64,000 nucleotides of DNA from Podarcis muralis (taxonomy: Eukaryota): contig NC_135661.1 in assembly GCF_964188315.1 (NCBI RefSeq), positions 77,252,001-77,316,000 on the forward strand, given 5' to 3'. Positions 58,169 to 64,000 of this stretch are shown piece by piece. Under the pieces are notes generated by a model. The model saw nothing but the letters and a program-made list of their open reading frames with translations, searched no databases and had not been told where the DNA came from. The first letter of the stretch is position 1, and every line of letters starts with the position of its first letter. The translations under genes and the position numbers were made by a program.

Positions 58169-61100
58169 CTGCAGGAATTGAGAAGAATGTTGATTTGGTT
58201 TAAGCTGAGCAATTGACATGGAAATGGGCACTAAAATTCCACTTGGTTCTGCTAGATTTCCCGAAGTGAAATCGTGTGAAAGATTGCATAAAACGTGAAA
58301 GTTATCAGGTAATCAAACGTCAGGAAAATGGAAGAAAGAGCTGTCTGAATGAGGCCTTACCCTGTTGTACGGACACATCATAGTAGACACATTTGCGCTC
58401 CCAGCCGTGGCAGTTTAATGTCTCCGTGGGGCGGCACCTTGGATTCTGCGAGAAGCATCCAGGACACTGTAAGCCATTTGGCCTGGCCCCTAGCCGTGGC
58501 ACTGAGAGCAAGCACAGAAACAGGGAAGAAACACCTCATCTCAGATCCATTTTCAGATTTTAGATAAAGATAGTTAACCATCCTCCAGTCATTCCCCTTT
58601 GGGCTTCTGTCACAATCCTCAAACATTTCACCAAAGGAGCAACCACCCAACTTTGTGGCCCCTTCATAGGGAATTCTGTGAGCCCTCGGGCACCCAGGGC
58701 CCCAGGGCCCTGGCATCTATGATGCCACACCAATCTCCCAGTGGTGCAAGATTCCAGTGCTCTCACCCAGGGTTCATGTTTCCTTTGGAATAATGGGCAG
58801 CAGAGACAGTGGCGCCTTTATGGTATATGGGTTGTTGTTGTTGTTGTTTTGCACATATATACAACCTGAGCCTATGATGGAGGGATTCATAGCACTAACA
58901 TGCCAAGAGGGTCTTGCTTCTCCCATTGCCACAGCCTTGGATTGAAGCAGAAACCAGGCATGGCTCTGTCTCTCTGGCTTCCCAGCCTGCAACTTTGCTT
59001 CCAGCTTCTAGCTCTCACACAACTCTGCCCTCTGCTATTTGTCTTTCTAACTACCAACAAGTCAAGGGAGGGGGACCCAACTATTTATTGTCCAGCACAG
59101 AACCACCTTCCCTAAGCAGCCCATACTTAGAAGGCCATGACCTCAAGCCAGAAGCTAGGCAGGTTGTTCCAGGAATTGAATCTGTGCTGGATCCAGGAAT
59201 TAGAAGGGGGCTCAGGCATACAATCTGCCCTCCCCGCCTCCACTCAACACTAGAGTATGGAGGAAGAGTGTAGCCATTGTGGCTAGTAGCCACAGATAGC
59301 CTTATTCTCCATGAATTTGTCTATATCCTCTTTTAAAACTGGAGGCCATCACTGCCTACCATAGGATTGAGTCCCACAGTTTAACTATGTGCTTACATGA
59401 AGAAATGCTTCCTTGTATCTGTCCTCAACCTGCCAATGTTCAGCTTCAATGTGTCATAGCTGTGAGGAGGAGGAGGAGTTTGGATTTGATATCCCGCTTT
59501 ATCACTACCCAAAGGAGTCTCAAAGCGGCTAACATTCTCCTTTCCCTTCCTCCCCCACAACAAACACTCTGTGAGGTGAGTGGGGCTGAGAGACTTCAGA
59601 GAAGTGTGACTAGCCCAAGGTCACCCAGCAGCTGCATGTGGAGGAGCGGAGATGCAAACCCGGTTCACCAGATTACGAGTCACCACTCTTAACCACTACA
59701 CCACACTGGCTCTCTGTGAGCATATTCACACATTCACACACACCAAAAGAAGGCAAGTGGGATCACTCCTGCTAGCTGTACGCTTGCGAAACATGGACCA
59801 CTTATAAATACCATCTTCCAAAGCAACTACTCTATTCCCAACTTAAGAATGGTCACCGTAAAAAAAAAAAAAGGGAATTATAGGGACAGAACTACTGAAA
59901 CTGTACAGAAACTTATTCATGTATGCTACTACAGCAGCAAGAATGTTACTTGCTCCAAAATGGAAAGAATAAGAATTCCCAGCAAAAGAAGAATGGATAC
60001 AAAAACTTATGGAATATGCACAAATGACAAAACTTACCTAGGAAAAAAGAAATCAAGATAACAAACTTTTTAGAAAAGAATGGAAATGGTTTATTGAATA
60101 TTTACAAACAAATTTGTATTCATCCAGCTTAACACCCAAAAGCCTGGGGAGAAGGTAGAGTTGCAATCCTGTTCCCACTGTGCACAATCAGCCCCGCCCA
60201 CCCCCCAGGTTTTGAAGGTGAGAACATGATGGTTCCCATGTGTCCAGAATTTCCCAGTCATAGCTGGCAAGTGGCTGTCAGAAACTGTCCAGGCAGAAAT
60301 CGGCTAAACGTCCAGGGAAATCTGGCCGTATGCTAACCCAGCGATTCCCCCTTAAAAATAGCTCATTCAGAGCTTAACAGTTTTGAAAGAAAAAAAAGAG
60401 GGGGAAAGCTCACCAACGTTTCTGTCGAGAAATATGGCAAACCTAATGGCTGTACTCTAGGGACATATTCAAACTATACACAAGCACATTGCTTCCCCCA
60501 AAGAATCCTGGGAACCATCCTTAACCCATCATGGAGCTACCATCCCTGGCACTCTTAGCAAACTACAGTTCCCTAGATTCTTTGAGGTGGGGAGACATGT
60601 GCTTTAAATGTGACCTAGTTCATACTAGATGTTCTCAGAGGTCATTACTGCCATTGCAATGAAACGTGTTACAAATCATGGGTGCTGGTTGAGATTGATT
60701 CACAATTCTCCATGGCAATGTTTCCCAGGAGCAACCGGTGCCCCTTGGAGCAATGCTGGGGTGCAGTTTGGTAATGCGATTCACCCCATCGAAGAGGAAG
60801 AGCTTAGAAAAGTCCTGCCAAGGTGCTTACGTGTCACTGATCCAGCATTGCAGAGATCTTTGTGGCAACACTTGGCAGCTCTCCGTTTGCGCTGGTTCGG
60901 GAAAGTGAAGCCCATGGGCGTCGGAGGGCAGAACTTTTTCTTGGTGCAGCCTTTGAACGTGGAGAACCATCGGTCATTTCCTGGGGTTTTTCATGGAGGA
61001 AAGGCAAAAAGGAAATCAACAGCAACGTCAATCTGAGTACATTAATTTTTGTTTACTTACTCATTTATTTTTGACATGCATATCCTAGAATAGAATCATA

Positions 61101-62552
61101 GAGTTGGAAGAGACCACAAGGGCCATCGAGTCCAACCCCCTGCCAAGCAGGAAACACCATCAGAGCACTCCATCAGAGCATCAGAGATCCTGATTTGCTT
61201 TTTAAATGCAAGCACACACACAGAGAGAGGCACTACCCATTTTTGCCTGTGGCCATGCCCAGACCTTGGCAAAGGGCCAAACAATCACCCACCAACGATG
61301 TTCTCCGAGGTGAAGATAAGGCAGGCATCTTCAGATAGCGGGCAGGTATAGGGCGTCCCAATGCACGAGTCACTGTTGCTGCTGCTGCAGCGTTCACAGT
61401 TCAAGCAAACTCCTGGAAGGGAAACGGCAGAATTAAATAAAGGGCTGAGTTCCAGTCAGGTGGTAGCAAGTGAGCTTTATTCAGGGCTGGCCCAAGACAT
61501 TTTGTATACCCCCCCCCCCCCAATATTTCTCCAATGAAAATAGGGATGTCCTAAGGAAAGCGAGACATTCCAGGATCAAATCAGAAACTTTGGGTGGCTT
61601 CTGTAAATCTGAGTTTGTCCCTAAAAAACAGGGACAATTGGAGGATCTGGTTTTGGCACCCTGGGTAAACCACAAAATGGCATAACAAACCACAAAATGG
61701 AGGAGGAGAATTCCCTGGATGCCAAGATCCAGCCAAGTGCTGTTTGGTGAGCGAACCCCAGTAGAGCTATAAAATCACAAAATTTGTAGCAAACTAAAGC
61801 ATGGAAATAAAGGTTTTTAGATCCTTAAGATGTGTCCTTCAAAGGTCCTTCCAAAGTTCACCTCTTCCCCTAGCATAGAAAAAGACCATAGATTTGGTCT
61901 TACAAACCCTCCAAAGGTTATATTCATGGTGCTTTTCCATACAGCATTAAGAAAACGTTGCACAGGTAGTAAAACCTGCCTTAGTTACAGTGGTGAAAGT
62001 TCCTAAATTATTGGTATACAAACACAACAATGGCTTGTAAGAGCCATGTGGCCTGAACTGTAGCAACCAGCTCAAAACCTCTTCACTAATTGAACTTCTC
62101 TGGTAGATTGAAGTAAACAAAGGCCTTTGATTGCCTTCCTCCCAAGGTGAGAGGGAGTGGCCTAACTAAGCCTTGCAGACCAGTTTACTCTATGACATTA
62201 ACCCCTTCATGCATTAATTAGACATAAGCATGTTGCTTATATGAGGCTGGTTACCCCACAGTTTGTACTACAACTCCCATCTGTTGGGAGCTATTGGCAA
62301 AGGCAGGAGTAAATAATATCAAATTAGATAGGCAAATAATCTAACATGGTGTAAGGCAGCAAGAGTAGCCAGATACTGTTGAACTTCAACTCCCATCATC
62401 CTTCATCAATGGGCTGGGGCTCATGGGAGCTGGAATCCAACAGTGCCTGGAATGCATTACACTGGCTGCCCCTGGCCTAAGGAGTTAAGTCCTACTGACC
62501 TACCTGTAACAGGCAGGAGAATGAAGAGGTAGACGATCAGAGACGTCTGCAT
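58023..62552 (-). CDS. Gene 5: secreted, basic two-domain three-finger PLA2-inhibitor / PINLYP-like protein, 201 aa; exons 62552-62504, 61412-61293, 60980-60831, 58501-58361, 58168-58023
   Basis: MQTSLIVYLFILLPVTG VCLNCERCSSSNSDSCIGTPYTCPLSEDACLIFTSENIVG NDRWFSTFKGCTKKKFCPPTPMGFTFPNQRKRRAAKCCHKDLCNAGSVTL PRLGARPNGLQCPGCFSQNPRCRPTETLNCHGWERKCVYYDVSVQQG DEIYTYAKRGCGTKHACVSGPRTLGIPGLYVEIWKNAMCTPAVKYMH*. AATAAA at 57852-57847; closest paralog is gene 4. Confidence 0.92.
58361..58501 (-). CDS. Gene 5 exon 4
   Basis: 141 nt, ctcag|TG...CAGG|gtaagg. Confidence 0.9.
59466..59711 (-). mobile_element. MIR-like (CORE-type) SINE
   Basis: Minus strand gagccagtgtggtgtagtggttaagagt...ggttt gcatctcc...gtgaccttgggctagtcac; related copies at ~30170-30330 and ~42110-42280. 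Confidence 0.75.
59850..60110 (+). mobile_element. L1 ORF2 3' remnant
   Basis: YATTAARMLLAPKWKE..IPSK remnant. Confidence 0.65.
60831..60980 (-). CDS. Gene 5 exon 3
   Basis: 150 nt, cccag|GA...ACAC|gtaagc. Confidence 0.9.
61293..61412 (-). CDS. Gene 5 exon 2
   Basis: 120 nt, tccag|GA...GTTG|gtgggt. Confidence 0.9.
62504..62552 (-). CDS. Gene 5 exon 1 (signal peptide)
   Basis: 49 nt, ATG...ACAG|gtaggt. Confidence 0.85.
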
Positions 62553-63448
62553 GGCCTTGGGAACACATGCAAAAGAGAAAGGGAAACTCGAGCTCAGATG
62601 GCAGCTACATCAGGGATCTCTATTCCAGTCTAGCTGTGGGGGGATTTGGTTCGTGGTCCAACTGGGCTCCAAAGATAAATGGGGGAGAGTGACCAGCAAC
62701 AAATATGTGCTTGCAGGCCATGGACATGTGGAACTTTCCTTGCGCTTGGTCGGAAAACTGTAGCGAGCATAGAACGTGACAGCACAACAGCTGATAGGAG
62801 CGAGACCCTATCATCATATTACACATCTACCCAAAAGTGCTCTCTGATTGTCAATATGTTATGGGGCCAAATTAAAGGTGTTACTCTTAAGGTGTGTTTG
62901 TTTTCCTGAATATAATGCTAGTGCTTCTGTCCTGTTTCCTAACATTCATTTCATACTGCAATACCTGTTGTGTTGCGGAACTGTGGCTTGTTGACCAGTA
63001 TTCCGGACCAGGGGTGCCAACTTGAATAAAATATTGTGTGGGCCCCGCCCCACATAATCAATCACATGACTCAATGCACACATACCATTTGAATGGGAAT
63101 GCCCTTCAACTTGGGGGGGGGCAGACTCTCAAATGTTTTATTGTAGGGGGCCCTAGGAGTTGGCTCCTATGTCCTGGACATGCTAAATTTCTTTCGCAGC
63201 AATGGGCATGACACAGCAACAAACATCATTGGACGTTGTTTTTGCTTACCCACCCATTCCACACATGTATGCTTCTGCTCCCCCATGAGACCCCCATGGA
63301 AATAGCAGGAAAGGACTGTATGCTGATCTAACCACCCCAAATTTCATGATTTTACTCCCATGAATTTCCAGATTGAGCTGCAAACTGATATTTTTTCCGG
63401 AATCAAATAACATGGAAATGAGTTCCAAATATGTACTATATTCCATTA

Positions 63449-63810
63449 AAGGTAAAGGTAAAGGTACCCCTGCCCGTACGGGCCAGTCTTGCCAGACTCT
63501 AGGGTTGTGCGCTCATCTCACTCTATAGGCCGGGAGCCAGCGCTGTCCGGAGACACTTCCGGGTCACGTGGCCAGCGTGACAAGCTGCATCTGGCGAGCC
63601 AGCGCAGCACACGGAACGCCGTTTACCTTCCCGCTGGTAAGCGGTCCCTATTTATCTACTTGCACCCGAAGGTGCTTTCGAACTGCTAGGTTGGCAGGCG
63701 CTGGGACCGAACGACGGGAGCGCACCCCGCCGCAGGGATTTGAACCGCCAACCTTTCGATTGGCAAGTCCTAGGCGCTGAGGCTTTAACCCACAGTGCCA
63801 CCTGCGTCCC
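63449..63810 (-). mobile_element. Sauria SINE, full length
   Basis: gggacgcaggtggcactgtggg head at 63810; (TTTACC)n tail; flanking TTCCATTA duplication. Confidence 0.92.
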
Positions 63811-64000
63811 TTAGTTTCCATTAGTTTTCTGCAAATGGCTTTTATGTCATGTGACTTGCCAGGTATAATGGGGAAATCAACAGTTAGGGAAACGTTGGGG
63901 AAATGGAATAAACAGCTGTATGACCACAGCCTTCATATGTATATAAAGCCCTTAACAGCTTGGGACCGAGTTACTTGCAGGATCGCATTACCCCATAGGT

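Noticed and set aside
14316-63810. tRNA genes at ggttcgaatccc / ggttcaattccc motifs
   Set aside because: These are SINE heads with A/B boxes; none folds as a complete cloverleaf by eye.

Overview
Squamate (lacertid-lizard-like) genomic DNA, judged from its Sauria SINE, BovB, CR1, L2 and Penelope content. The core is a minus-strand tandem array of five two-domain three-finger (Ly6/uPAR-fold) genes of the phospholipase A2 inhibitor gamma / PINLYP / SPF-like family. I reconstructed them by hand from splice sites. Each has the same plan: signal-peptide exon plus four Cys-rich exons, with all introns in phase 1. Genes 2-5 are complete (245, 211, 204 and 201 aa). Gene 1 lacks exon 5, which should lie left of the window. 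Its intron 4 holds a nested stack: a hAT end, then an L1 with intact ORF1/ORF2, then an intact chromodomain Gypsy retrotransposon (730-bp LTRs with no difference seen, GAGCC TSD) inserted in the L1 5' UTR. Highlights are a Tf1-type self-priming PBS in the Gypsy, an HMGN-like RRSARL motif in its LTR-encoded integrase tail, and a Penelope hammerhead ribozyme plus a perfect 117-bp hairpin in a host intron. Paralog-specific changes include furin-type RxRR sites, a Cys swap between domains and a membrane-anchor tail. There is also an orphan promoter duplicate. Boundaries of old repeats are approximate and their family names come from motif recognition, not database searches.
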